Shown here one piece after another: positions 12,507 to 25,700 of a DNA stretch of 49,258 bases. The stretch comes from Chromera velia. Taxonomy: Eukaryota. Location of the stretch: contig JAHBMJ010000365.1 in assembly GCA_018398765.1 (NCBI GenBank), forward strand, positions 1 through 49,258, given 5' to 3'. Under the pieces are notes generated by a model. That model saw nothing but the letters and a program-made list of their open reading frames with translations. It was not told the DNA's origin and ran no database searches. Position 1 is the first letter of the stretch; every line of letters starts with the position of its first letter. A program made the translations under genes and the position numbers.

Positions 12507-14687
12507 AGAAAGTGCCGTGTGAATGGAGAGGTCCCTCCCTCCCTCTCTTCCGCTCTTTCGCTCTCTTCCCCGCACAACTTACCGCGTCCCATGTGGTCTT
12601 TTTCATGTGCAGTAAGACTCTTCCCTTGTGACTCTTTGTGTCGGTTAGATACGAGTCCCTGACTTGATTCGCAGGTTTTATTTTGTACACCTGCAAGAGT
12701 GTTCTACTTGAGTGCACAACTCAACTAAATTCCAGAAATGCTCCATCTTTTGTGCACAAATTCTCCATTTTGTGATTTTTACTCGTTTGCCCCAAATACA
12801 GAAGGGAGGGACTTCAGAAAGCCACGAAGAGAAACTCCTCAAACAGTACGAGGAGAGAGTCCGAGAGGACCCGGGTCAGTCAGTTGGCTTGCTGAATCCA
12901 GCTAGGGGATTGACGCAAAGGGTTTTTTTGGGTAGGCCATGAAGGGATTGGCGAAAGAAAAGAGTCCAACTGCTTGCTCTCTCCTTTGGGCCACTGCCAA
13001 CGCTTTCTTTCTTCTTTCTCTGTATATTCTTTGCAACAGACACCTCTGCTTTGAGTCCGGCCCGTCGGATTCTCTCTCTCTTTTTTTTTCTTGAATGGCG
13101 AGAACTCAGAGTGTGCATGCCCATGGATAAAATGTTTCCTGTTTGTTTCATACAGCGAATGCCATGGACGACAGCGAGCAGGCGGTGTTTGAGAGTCTCC
13201 ACGCTGCCCAGAACGCTGAGAGGGATCCTGCGTTTGCGTTCTTCATGAGGAGAATCAAGGCAGGGGGGGACTCTAGTCATGTAATCAGGTGAGGGCAGCA
13301 GGGAGGCAGGAAAAATGGCTTCTCTGTTCATTTATGTTTACTTGAGAGCAATTCTCTCTCTCTCTCTCCACATACATATACAGATACAGATACATGTATA
13401 CGTGTGTGTATGTGTGTGTGTGTGTGTGTCTTTCTCTGCTTCTTTCTTTTCTTTTCTTCGTTTCGTTCTGTCTGCCTTTCTTTCTTTCTTTCTTTCTTTC
13501 TTGCTTTCTTTCCTTTCTTTCCTTTCTTTCCTTTGTACTTCTCACTTTCTCTCTCTTCTCTCCGCCTTTTCTTCGTTTCTTTTTCTTTCTTTCTTTCTCT
13601 CTCTGTTTCTTTCTTTCTGTCTGTGTCTTTCTTTCCATCCTTCCTTCCTTCTTTCCTTTCGCGTTTCTCTTTTTCTTTCTGTGTCTTTCTTTCCGTGTCC
13701 TTCTCACTGTTGTTTTCTTTCTCTGTCTCTGTCTTTTTTTTACGTGTCCTTCTCACTTTTGTTTTCTTTCCCTGTCTCTGTCTTTGAGGGCCTGTAGATC
13801 CTGCCCTGTCCGTGCTATCAGTACGACGGCAGTTGGCTGCATGCTGTTGTCATGTGGAGAGCTGGAGCGAGTTTCCCTCTCCCTCCTTCCCTCCCTGCCA
13901 CCCTCCCTCCCTCCCTCCCTGCCACCCTCCCTCGCGTACAGGTGGGCATCAGTGTGGGGCTGATTTTTAGGACTGGTGGCCCCAGTGATACTGGCGCCCC
14001 CAGTGATACTGGCGCCAAAAGCGCAAAACCTGTTGCTTGCGGTTTCACGCAGCGTTCTGTCTGTATTGCTGTGTGTGTGTGTGTGTGTGTGTGTGTGCAT
14101 GTGTGTGTGTGTGTGTGTGCATGCGCCAATCTGTGGACGCACAGCTAGCTCTTGTCTGCGTATGTGCGTGCAGGTACGCTTACAAGGGCTCTCCCCTCTG
14201 GTTTGCCACCGAGGGACAACTTTGTCTGGACACACAAAAAAGAAGGGAGGATACAGAAGACAAAGAGAAGGGAGAAGGCCAGATGGGTAAGAAGAAAGAG
14301 AAGCAGGAGTCAGTCCCCCCGTGCGAGAATTGCGGCAGCCCCCGAGTGTTCGAATTCCAGATTCAGCCTCACTTGATTTATCTTAGCCAGGGGGGCTTAG
14401 GGAAGCTTGAGTACGGGGTTTTGGCCGTGTTCACATGTGAGAAGAACTGCAGCAGCGCCCCGAGAGGCCAGAAGGATTCTGCCGTAGAGAAGGATGAAAC
14501 CTCAGCAGATCCAGCATCCTCCTCTTCCCCAGACTCAAAGACAGCTGCAGCCTCTTCCTCTTCTTCCTCATCGACCTGTCCTCCGAAGACGAAGAAACGC
14601 CCCTACTCGCTCGGAGCGTATGTGGAGGAGTTCATTTACCTGCAACCAGAGCCAGATGCGCCTGGACACAACGCACCGCTGGAATAA
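11708..14687 (+). CDS. PDCD2: Programmed cell death protein 2 (PDCD2/Tsr4 family, uS5 chaperone); 4 exons
   Basis: Exons 11708-12313, 12802-12874, 13156-13288 and 14174-14687. N-terminal motifs SKIGGKPAWL, CERCGHLMTFMLQIYA and FHRSLLVFFC. PDCD2_C motifs VIRY..GSPLW, PPCENCGSPRVFEFQIQPHL, LEYGVLAVFTC and YVEEFIYLQ. Confidence 0.92.
13350..13785. repeat. (CT)n, (TG)n and (TTTC)n low-complexity tract in PDCD2 intron 3
   Basis: Seen directly. Confidence 0.93.
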
Positions 14688-14699
14688 CCAAATTTTGTG

Positions 14700-15728
14700 T
14701 GTAATGAAGGAATCATATATGATATCATATGAAATATCAACTTCACAAGTTTCAACGTTCTTATATATGAGCTTTAGAACTGATCAAGTGGGAGACAGGT
14801 AGAGACGGGTAAAGGTGGACATGCACGATTGATCAACTTTAATTCAGTTAAGTTGTATGGATTGATTGATCGATGCATTATTAACTTTCATAAACTCCTA
14901 AGTGAACTTTAATGTTAGAATTAAAAGAACTGCACTTAGTTCTGCTTTCACATGCAATTTAGAAGAATATTGGAAGCTATATTGGAAGTAATATAGCAAG
15001 ATATCTAATTGGACTGCATGTAGAATTATGATGCGATTAGTGTCCGATGTGCGGCTTCTAGGTACTTCCAGCAAAAGTGCCCAGACGTATCAGACTATAT
15101 AAAGATCAGACCTGCCTGGTCATTTACAGACATGATAGTTCGAAATTATTTGAAACAATTCCACGTACACTATGCTATTAGAAGTACTACCAGCCCTTCT
15201 CAGAAGGCTTTTGGTTTAATACCGTCAAATTAGTAACCCAACTGTGGTAACTGGGGCCTATATTTTTAAACTTACTTAAAGTTACTTTGTCTAAGTTTTT
15301 TCCATAATATCAAAAACTTGACTTTAACTTAACTACACATATTTATGGATATTAGAGAACTTTACAATAAATCTATCTTTGGTACTCAATTTATCCACTA
15401 GTATGTCTAGTTTAAAAGAACGATTACCACACACTAGACCATATACTGTGTTACCAAAACAACGGTAATCAAGGTGACCGTGCATCATTACCGTAACCAT
15501 GAAAATGGTTCAAGTTATTAAGCGCGTCAAGCAGCCTAACGGCCGCCTAGCTGGGTAACCAAACTAAGTTGGTTACTCTTAACAGCACAGTGTTTATTTA
15601 TTTAAAGTGAAATCATCGTCACTTTAATGTAAATAAATATATTGGGATCCCGCCTAGAGCATGAACCACTATACTTATAGCTCTGAAATGAATTGCCTAG
15701 TGAATTGCGTCAAAGCTAGCGTCAAATT
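14700..15728. other. AT/TpA-rich intergenic island between convergent genes
   Basis: No ORF in the track between 14802 and 15729. TA-rich, with many GGTAAC/GTTACC-like motifs. Confidence 0.7.
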
Positions 15729-16534
15729 TTAAGTCAAAGTTTGTGCAACCTTTTTGCTTTTCGCATTTTTCTTCACGGCTCTTCGAACGCGCCTGAAAGG
15801 GTGCTGACGGTCGTACCGCCTAAGTCTCGACAACATTCTCCGCCGCCTCTTCACACGGAGCGCCCACACCGCAGCATCAATCCTGTCCTGCTCATTTTTA
15901 TTCCGAAAAAGCCAGTCGTCCACCCAAAGGAGAAGCTGCACCCATTGCGGCTTTGTCGGTGCTGGAGGGGGTTTCTCCGCTTGGCTCGGAGCGCTGCTTT
16001 CTGGGATCGCCCGTGATCGACTTGACAGTGTGGCGACGCTGCTGGTGAGGGCGTCGGAGAGAGCGCAGGCAGTCCCCAGAGACCGCAGAACAGAACCACG
16101 AAGGTCCGCATCGCTGACACAAAAGACAAGGGACTTGCGAAGAGGAAACGAACACGGAGGGGGTCCCTGATCCTCCCCTCCCCTTTCTTTCTGTTCGATT
16201 GAAGCGCTTCCGTGACCCATCTCTGGCCCCTCACTCGCACTCTCCTTTGGTGGAAGCCCTCTGCAGGAACGCACAAAAAAGTACGAAGGGATGCAGTGCG
16301 GGCGCAGAGAATAGTGGGTAAGGAAGAAAAGGTCTGTTGATTGAAAGGCTTCACTGTTCAATTCAATGTGCGCATTTCCTCGATCATCCCACTTCTTCCC
16401 ACAGGCACTTGCTCTGGGCAATCTGCCAGCCTACCTATCTGCATGCCTTTCTACCCTGTTCCCAATGAAGAACTTCGTGTTCTCTTTCTGTCTGTCTGTC
16501 TGTCCGTCTCTCTCTTTCTCTCTTTCTCTCTCTC

Positions 16535-16582
<48 letters not shown>

Positions 16583-18664
16583 GGACACACACACACACAC
16601 ACACACAAAGAGCCAGCGAGAGAGTCCACTGACCTGCGGCCTTTACGGAAGTCCTCTGCTGTCTGTGCGAGGAGTTTCCGCAGATCGACAGCTGCATCCG
16701 GATCTGCCTCAGCGCAGACGATTAGATCCACCTCCCTGTCCTCTCTGTTCTCTCCCAGGAGACTCCGCTCTCCTCCCAGTTTCTCAAACCGTAGACACAC
16801 ACGGTCCTGTGTTTGCACACACACGACGAGAAAAAAAGAAGAAGAGAGAGGTGCAAAAGGGATAGATACTTGAAAGGAACAGACAAGTGGAAGCTCGTGG
16901 AAAGATCAAGAGCACATACACGCTTTGAAGCGAAGGGCAGATGCATTATCCCTTTGCAAAGAGAGGCCCTCTGGCGCTCGGGCTTGAACAACGTGTGTCG
17001 TCGATGTCTGCTGAATCAGCAGCGCGCAGGATGGCAGACGGCCACAAAGAGATACGTGGAGGGATTGGTGAGGGAAACGCATCCTTTTGCACACACACAT
17101 ACACACACAGACACAGACACAGACACATACACACATACATGTACACGGGGTGAGCGGAAGGGAGTAGAGCAAAAGAGAGGAAAGAATGGGGAGCAAAGTG
17201 GTGGGAATGAGTGCACACACGCAAGAGAGACCAACATCTTCAGTCAGAGCAACAGTCTGCACCCGTGAGTTGCCCGTCAAGATCACCCCTGAGTGCACGA
17301 GTTCGAACAGAAGAAGTCTCTTCATTTCCCACACACACGCACGGTAGGCCTCTGAGGGTCCCAGGACAGCCTCCTCGAGCCTATCTCCAGCCCTGTCTCC
17401 TGCAGGCAACACACAGCATCAAAGCACGAACGCCCACAGAATAAATGCAAGAAAACCAACCCAAGAGTGAACGATAAATGCCCGATAGCAGACAGGCAAA
17501 AAGAAGAGTGGAAGACTGCAATAGAGAAACCCGCTGGCTAGTCTGGACGAACAGAGACATGATTTTCATCCCTTGTTGCTGCAGTTTCCTGTAGAACCGC
17601 CCCCCAGAAAACAATACTGCATTGCCTTGGAAGAGAACATACACTTGGATTGCTGCATGGCCACTCTCCCAACCTCAAGGAAAGGGAAACAGGTGACAAG
17701 AAGTTTGGCGTTGCGCTTCTGCCAGACCTCTCCCTCTGAGGTATGAAGCATCGACATTTGGGGAATTCGTTGACACGCAACTCACTGACTAAAAAACACA
17801 AAATCAAGAGAAAAATGAATCTGCGCGTCAAATGCAGGACAGGTAGATGCTCTGACAGGCCTACAAAACCATACAAGGATACAAAATCATACATGAAAGA
17901 GAGTTTCTCACTCCTTCTGACTGACCAGCAATTTTCCTGAAGATCTTTAGAGTGTCGTTGCAGACCGGTTGAAGCTCCTCTGTCTGTCTGTCCGACACAG
18001 AGGCGAACAGGCGGTCCCACCGAATTCCTCCCAGAAAGTTCCGGAAATTCTCTGGAGAGATGATCTCAACGGAGAACCCCGCATCGTGCAGCCCTGCAAG
18101 GAAGCGTGGGGGGGATGTCGGACCTTGCCCTGGAGAGGCAAGTGATTTGCATGGGAGCGGATTGGGTGGGTTGATAGTTCTATCCACGTGATTCTCCCCT
18201 TCTGTATCAAGGTGGAACTCAACTGCCGGGAGAGAGTCAGACACAGAGAGACGAGAAGGCGGAAGGCTGCGTCAGTCGGAGCTCGTGAGACGATGGCAAG
18301 AACAAAAAAAAAACAGAGAACGAACGACGGAAAAAACCGTTCGAAGCACTGCACATGAAGCAAAAGAAGGCGACAGCCGGACCTGAATAGAAACAGAAAC
18401 AGCTGCCTGCCTCATTCACGTTCCTTCTCAGGAAAGAGACGGCGACACACAAAGAGACGGATTCACGATCGCACCTTTTGCCAACGCGAGTCCCGTCAAA
18501 GAGGCACCCAAAATGATCACATCCGGTCTGCTCTCATCCAGCGGCAATGAAAATCGACAAAGCGATCGCCAACTGCCTTTTGAGAGACCAGCCTTTACGG
18601 AGAAGAAGCTGTTTAGCAACACCACCACGTGCACCGAGACGACAGTCACTAACCGCAACAGCAT
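15729..18664 (-). CDS. Divergent FAD/NAD(P)-binding oxidoreductase-like protein with N-terminal signal peptide; 5 exons
   Basis: Exons 18664-18475, 18093-17926, 17399-17236, 16806-16634 and 16260-15729 join in frame. Rossmann-like start DVIILGASLTGLALAKGLHDAGFSVEII, followed by LLFELVHSGVILTGNSRVQTV and DREVDLIVCAE, which resemble flavoprotein monooxygenase segments. The N-terminus is hydrophobic and the C-terminus very basic. Middle exon choice rests on frame and motif fit. Confidence 0.6.
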
Positions 18665-19357
18665 CTTGCAACAACTCACTCCAACCTCCTCGTCTCCAGT
18701 CTCCAACACCTGTTTTCAAATGAGAAACTATCCTTTCTGCAGGAACGATGCGCTCTGTTGTTCAATAGCATGCTGTCCCTTGTCACGGTCTGCATCGGTC
18801 TGCAAATTCAGTGCGATTCAGCTTCAGCTCCTTGCTCATGAATTCAAGTTGCACAACTGCAACTCGACGTACGCAGTGCGATCATCTGGGTACTGTTGTT
18901 TGATTTTTATAGAGCAGTCTCGGTTCGCGCGCGCGCGCGTCACGAGCGAAAAACTTGAGAATTAAACTGACCTTTTTCAAATTTTTCGATGCAAAAAATA
19001 ATTTGAAGATCGATCTGCACGCATGTATCGATCGACTCGACAGATGATTGCATGTGGTTCATCGATCCTATAGCTCCTCCTTGATCGGCGTCTGGTGGGC
19101 ACTTCAGACACTCAAAATCACTCATTTGACCTCGTTCGTCGTTTGTGCTTCTCTGTCACCGTCTACAGGTGACTTTCGGGGCCCTCCGGCACGTCATGAT
19201 CATTTGATATCTTCCTGAGCTCTCAGAGTCAGAGCAAGCGAGCAGACAGACAGACAGATATATAGTTGACACGAAAGCAAGCATGCGGGGGGGTTCCCTA
19301 CACTGAAGACTCAAGCACAGCAAGACTGGAAGGGTAGAGAGAGGAGAAGACAGGAGG
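18665..19357. promoter_or_regulatory. Putative bidirectional promoter, oxidoreductase-like / aspartyl protease
   Basis: 693 nt between divergent ATGs. (CG)n run ttcgcgcgcgcgcgcgtc at about 18924-18941, followed by A/T tracts. Confidence 0.55.
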
Positions 19358-21799
19358 ATGAGGGTGTTCGGGTTCCTTTCCGCAGCCACTGCGGGGGGGC
19401 TCTTCTGCTTCTCTGAAGCCATGAAGATGAAGAGCTGCGAATTCAACCCCGCAGTGCCCTGCATTCACAGCAACCCCAGTGCACCTGCTGTCAGTCACGG
19501 ACCCTTCTGACAGTGGACTTGTCTTCTCTCGCATTTGAAGGCGCACAACTCTCCTTTTCTCTGCATGGGTGCACACATCCGTTCCTCCACATGTGTCTGC
19601 CTGCAGTATTCCATCTCTCTGCGCAAGAACGACCCCGAAACCTGGGCCCAGACCTCGTACCTCGAGAGGGAGAAAAGGGGCCAGACGCGCATGGACGCCA
19701 GGCACTGGGGCACACGCCCTCTGGATTCATACGGAGAGGAAGGGGAGGATGAGGAAGGGTCCCCCTCCCAATTTCTCGAGGAGAGGGAAGAGAGGGGAAG
19801 GGGGCGCACCAGCCAGGCAGGGAGGTCTGTCGCTGCATTTCTCTCGCAACCGTCTAAATGTTCCCTGAAACTTTTTGCATGCACCTTTTGAATGCCATTG
19901 CCTCTCCCCGTTCCGCGCTTTTCTCATTCAAATAGTTGCAGGCCGGAGCAATTGGAGCGGAAGTGACTGTTCGTCCTCTACTGACGCGTGTATCCACTTT
20001 TATCTTCAGCAGAGCTTGACATCCATTTTGCATTTTTCGAGCCCTTTCAGTGATTTATTTGCCGTGTCGAGAGACAGAGAGAATTCCTGCCTCCTTTTTC
20101 TGTCGTAGGACAGAAGAGAGAAAAGAGGGATTGCACGAGCCCATCGCAGTCGAAAGAAGCAGGCTTACTTTTCTCGTCCTTCCCTTTCCTTTCCCTTCCC
20201 TGGACAATGATGCGTCTATTTCTTGTTCTTTTCTGCAGATTTGTTCAGCAGAGAGAACAGCCAAAACTAGCAGATGCACAACGCGACACAGAAGCAGAGG
20301 CTGACGGGGTCCTGCAGGGCCACCAGGCAGGGTCGATGGATGAGGAGCCCTTCTACATGGGCAGAATGATGAGACTGGCGGACTACCACGACGTTAGTCC
20401 TGCCCTCCCTGTCTTGTCGTGTTTTGTCATTCAGAGAAACTTCTCTGGTGGCGCATTTCTTCCCACATTCTCACTCTTGGTCCTGCTCAGCACATGGAAG
20501 TACATGTAGACTTTCTCTCAGCCCCCCCCCCCCNNNNNNNNNNNNNNNNNNNNNNNNNNNNNNNNNNNNNNNNNNNNNNNNNNNNNNNNNNNNNNNNNNN
20601 NNNNNNNNNNNNNNNNNNNNNNNNNNNNNNNNNNNNNNNNNNNNNNNNNNNNNNNNNNNNNNNNNNNNNNNNNNNNNNNNNNNNNNNNNNNNNNNNNNNN
20701 NCTCTCTCTCTCTTTGACAAGCACGCAGAACAACATCATGCACGCGGGGCGGAGAGACCCCCGGTGTTACGATTAGAGTGTACAATTCGGCGGTAACGAC
20801 GGCCACATAGTCTGTCTGTCCCAAAGTAGCACATGGTCTGGCTGTCTGTTTTCAGTTCCCCCCCCCCCCTTCTCTTCCTAAACTGCGTGCATGCACTGTG
20901 GTCAAGTGAGTGCAGAATCAGTACGTCGGCATGGTCTGTTTGGGACGGCCGACGGACTCTTCTGTCGGGAGGCAGTGCATGGAAGTCATCTTCGACACCG
21001 GGAGCACGTCAGTCATCTAGGGGGCGTCTCAGTGAGAGTGAGGCTGAAAAACTCACTGTCTTAGTGATCTGTGATTATATGCTTTGTATTAACACGTGAA
21101 TAGATGTGACATTTCCTTAGATAGGGAGGGGTGACAAACATCATTTCCTGTGCACTACAGTTTGTGTTGTTCTTTGCCCAATCTCTGTTGGTGAACGGTC
21201 TTCTTGCTTTTTTCAACATCAACTGCTCAAGACGGGAAGTGCGTTCACAGTTTTTTGGCTTCAAGTTCTGTTCTTATCAGTCTACCGCGTTCCGTTTATT
21301 TTTGAGGAAACAAGGATTGCACATTAATGCGCGTCAACCGAATGTCCGTGAGTACATGCAGAAATGTGTGGGTGATCTCGGAAGAATGTGCTCGTCAAAT
21401 TCCGAGAGAACCCTGCGCAGAATCAGACATTCACAGGTGGGTGGGTGGGTGGGAAGGAATCAAGGCATCCATCGCGCCGCCCTTACTTTCTGCTCGTTTG
21501 TACCACCTTTCGGCGAGGTCACTCTACGTTTTGTGAATACACACTCCAAATCGATGCACTTCCGTTGCTTTTTGCGTTTGTTGTTGCTCCTCTGGAAGGC
21601 CACATCTGTTCCGTCTTCGGGCGCTCCACTTTTTTTCGCTGTCCCACTCTTCTGCCTCTGCAGATTTGACTGCTCAGTTGAGCCGTCATGCAAAGAGGAC
21701 CCGAGAGAAGTCATGATTTCGGTCCGTTCGTGTCTTTTGTTTTCTCTTCTCTTCTCTTCTTCGTCTGGTCACTGCAATGGTGGAAGCGAAGCGTTGATG

Positions 21800-21830
<31 letters not shown>

Positions 21831-21926
21831 GTGTCTGTCTGTCTATGCCTGTCTCCGTCTCTCTCTCTCTCCCTCTCCTTCTTTCTTTCTTTCTCTCTCT
21901 GTCTCTCTGTCTCTCTCTCTCTCTCC

Positions 21927-21969
<43 letters not shown>

Positions 21970-22515
21970 CGTGCGTGCGTCCGCACAGGAGTGTATAAGT
22001 CCCCGCCTGATGACCGTTGTACATGTTTGGCTTGTCATACCGGACTGCAGTTCGGAACGGGAAAAATCACCGGAAACTTTGCCGAGGCCAAATTCTGTTT
22101 CGGTGAGCCAAATAACTGTTTGCTTAGTACCCACATATACATACACACATCTCTATGAGCACATGCAAAAAGGTAGACTGACAAGGGAAGATCGACCATG
22201 CAGAAGAGATCCTCGACAGAGAGCCACCCGGAGATGGTGAAGTGGTTCAGTAGTGTTTGACTTTGAAGAGGCAGAGAGTTGCACGGGAGTGGATGTGGTT
22301 CAACGTTCGCTTGTTCTTTCAAGTTCCCTGACAAGCAAATCGAATGATCCGAATGCTGACACTCTCAAAAGTCTGAAAGATGAAGAGTCTTCGAAGTGGT
22401 TGAGAGTCGCCAAGGGCTCTTCTGAAAGATGTATGCATCGTTTTCGCGTGAATCGACAGAGAGGACATGTGCGTTCTCTCTCCATCTTCACTCGTTTCCT
22501 CTTTTTTTCTTTTTT

Positions 22516-22547
<32 letters not shown>

Positions 22548-22710
22548 TTCTTTCTTTCTTTCTTTCTTTCTTTTCTTTCTTTCACGATTTGATGATCTTC
22601 GTTTCACAATTGTGTGTGTGGTCTGATTGCAGGAAACAGTGACGAGTTCTGTCTGGACTCGCAGAGATTTGGAATGGTCAAGAAGGAATCCGACAAGATT
22701 TTCTGGGTGA

Positions 22711-22745
<35 letters not shown>

Positions 22746-25700
22746 TAAGCGAGTGGGTGAGCCAGTCAGTGAGTGAGTGAGTGAGTGGGTGAGCGAGTGA
22801 GTGGGCGAGCAAGTGAGTGAGTGACTGAGTGAGGGAGGTGGGAGGTGGAAGAAAGAAGATGGATCAGCTTGAACTCGTCTCCTTTTCACATTCACATGTC
22901 TTCCCTTCACCAATCACGTGAGTTTTCTACATGTGCTCTTTGTACGAGTCTGTGTGCCCTCCTTTGACCAAAAACCCGACGCATGCCCTTCCATTATTCA
23001 TTCAACTGATGTCTGTCTGCCTGCCTGAATGCAGTCGATCAAGTTCGAAGGCATTTTGGGACTTGCCTTCAAGTCGATGTCCTCCAACGGTAGGTTCAGA
23101 TGATCCTGCTGTCTCTGCCAGGAGGGTGTGCAAGAATTGCTTCCGACACGGCCTTGTAATTAAGGCCGCTGTTTGCATGCGACACGGTCTTGTGAATCAC
23201 CCCCCTGAGAGCTCTGGAAGTGCAAAAGTCGTTCTTTCACTTTCTGCTACGTCTCCCCTTTCTTATCTAATGGATTGGTTTCTTTTTTCATGATGCAGGG
23301 TTCATCCCCGTGTTCGACAACATGATGGACAAACAACGGTTCCCCCACAACGAGTTCTCCTTCTATTTCTCCAGACTTCCAGAACAGAAGAGCGCCATCT
23401 TCTTTGGAGGAGTGGATCCGAGGTATGTCTCTCAAACTCCTTTTGGAAGTCCTTTTGGAGAAAAACGAAAAGCTGAAATCCATTTTGATTTTTTCGGGAT
23501 GGACCCATAGTCCTCGTGCAGCTATGCTCTTTCGCCCTCACCTTTTTTCCCGCCAGCTGAGCTTGCATCGAGAGAGAGCGCACGCAGATCCTAACAGGCC
23601 ACCAAGCAGATCAATTTGTATGAATCTCTTATCTTTAAGATGGGAGGGGACGATAACTGCTCTCTGCTTTGCAAAGGAACGTTCTGAGCTGTCCACCTAT
23701 TTTCGTTCTTGCGTCTTGCCTGCTAACACAACCTCGTCTGATTTGCGTCTGCATGCGTCCAATTTCTCCTACTTTTTTACATGTAAATACAGCTTTTCTG
23801 CACGCCTATGTGGGTTCATGGTCGTTTCTCTGTTCCTGACGTCCGTCCCCCGGCAGATACTACCACGGGGACTTTACTTTGTTCAATGTGATGAAATTTG
23901 ACTTCACAACAGAGGCAGAGGGGGGGGGCAAAAGGGTGTGGAAGGGATCCGAACACTACTGGCAGGTCCAGTGCGACGAAATCTTCTTTCGGTCAGTTGG
24001 CCGGTGAAAGGGGAGAGAGACAGAGACATGCGGTGAGTGCATTCTCCTCGTCGCAGTACTGATAATGTTCTCGCCCCTTGTTTCTACTGCCCGGTGGCTA
24101 GATGCGTTTCAGTGTCTGAATGGAATGCTCTTATGGAGTGTCGATATCACAAAGCCCGGGGTTCAGGATCTCTTGGACACATGAGTGCAAGCCGCTACAC
24201 GACTGTTGAAGAGACGTTCTTAAACAGCACGGCTGCATGCATCCATACATGTCCCATGTCATTATCCTTTAGTCTTCTACCTACAATTTTTGGAATTTCC
24301 CTTTCTATCTGTATGTCTGTTCAGGTACAAGTCAGGCAAGACCTCTCGGCTTGTCGGAACGACCTCTGTGATCTTCGACACCGGTCTGTTCTGTTCTGCT
24401 CGGTTCTGTTCTGTTCTGTGATGTCTTTTTGTCATCTGTTCCATCCATCTACCATTCAGGCAATGTGTCTCTCCACCTCTTATGGCTCAAGCCTCCCTCG
24501 TGTGCCTGCCTCCCGTTCTCTGATGAAAGGCTGTGCCCTTTGTTCTTCGAGAGTCTTCACAGAAGAATAAAACGCCCTGCGTGTTGCTCTTTCACCCATT
24601 TCTTGTGTTGATCTAGATCTTTCAAGTCTCTTCTAGCCTGCCTCTCTATTCTCCCCCTTCCCCTTCCCCCCCCCTTGTGATGGATGATGCAGGAACGTCT
24701 TTCAACACAGTACCGTCAGAGTACCATGAAAGGTGGATGGAGAACGTTCCCAGAGAGGTGATGACGTCGGACTACGACAGCCTCCCGGATATCTGCTATG
24801 TCTTTGTAAGTCTGTCTTTTGTTTTTCAAACTCAATGACTAGATTTGAACTTTCTTGCTCTTATCTTTGCTCCTGTTTTGGATCTACAATGTTTTGAAGA
24901 GGTGTCAATTTGAGAACAGTTTCATTCATAGATGTATGCATTGAAAATATACAAAGAATTGCAAAGGCTTCCATCTCTCCTCCCTAGAATGGATTTTATT
25001 TGAAAGAAACGACGAAACCAGCGTATTGCCTTTTTCACCGTCCAGGCCCGTACTTGCCTCTTCCTCTGCGTTTCGTCCCCTTGAACTTTGTAATTGCTTT
25101 GTCCCCCTTTTTCTCCCTTCTCTCAATCCTGAATCGATTTGTCTTTGCAGTCCTCCCTTCAAGAAGGCGTGGATGGACAGACGGAGTGCCTCACTCCTGA
25201 GCAGTACATCGTGGGGGTCAGTCAGTCAGTCAGGCAGGCAGGCAGGCAGTCAGTCAGTCAGGCAGTCAGGCAGTCAGGCAGTCAGTCAGTCAGTCAGTCA
25301 GTCAAGCAGGCAGGCAGGCAGGCAGGCAGTCAGGCAGGCAGGGAGGCAGGCAGGCAGGCAGTCAGTCAGGCAGGCAAGGTGTGAGAGGCTCGTAGAGGAC
25401 ACTCCGGCTTCACGGTTTGGCTCTGCGGCCTGTCCTTTCACTTGCACGTGACTGCTCTGAGACTTTTCGTTCCGTCCTGCTGTCAGAGAGTCTCAAGCGG
25501 AATTCAACGTTTTTACTCATGCAATGGGCCCCTCCTTCATTCGCATTTCAATCAATTCTCCAACTTTCTTCGCACAACACATGACTGCAGAAAGTGCGGA
25601 GGTCTGACGGAGAGACCTACTACGAGACGGGTGTGATGAGACTGGACGTCCCTGCTCCCTTCGGCCCGTCGTTCATTTTGGGTCCGTTCTTTGGAAGGTG

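Noticed and set aside
17566..17757. Extra exon (EGEVWQKRNAK...) in the oxidoreductase-like gene that would create an in-frame TGA (possible recoding)
   Set aside because: Splicing directly from 17926 to 17399 keeps the frame and gives better motif continuity, so no recoding is needed.
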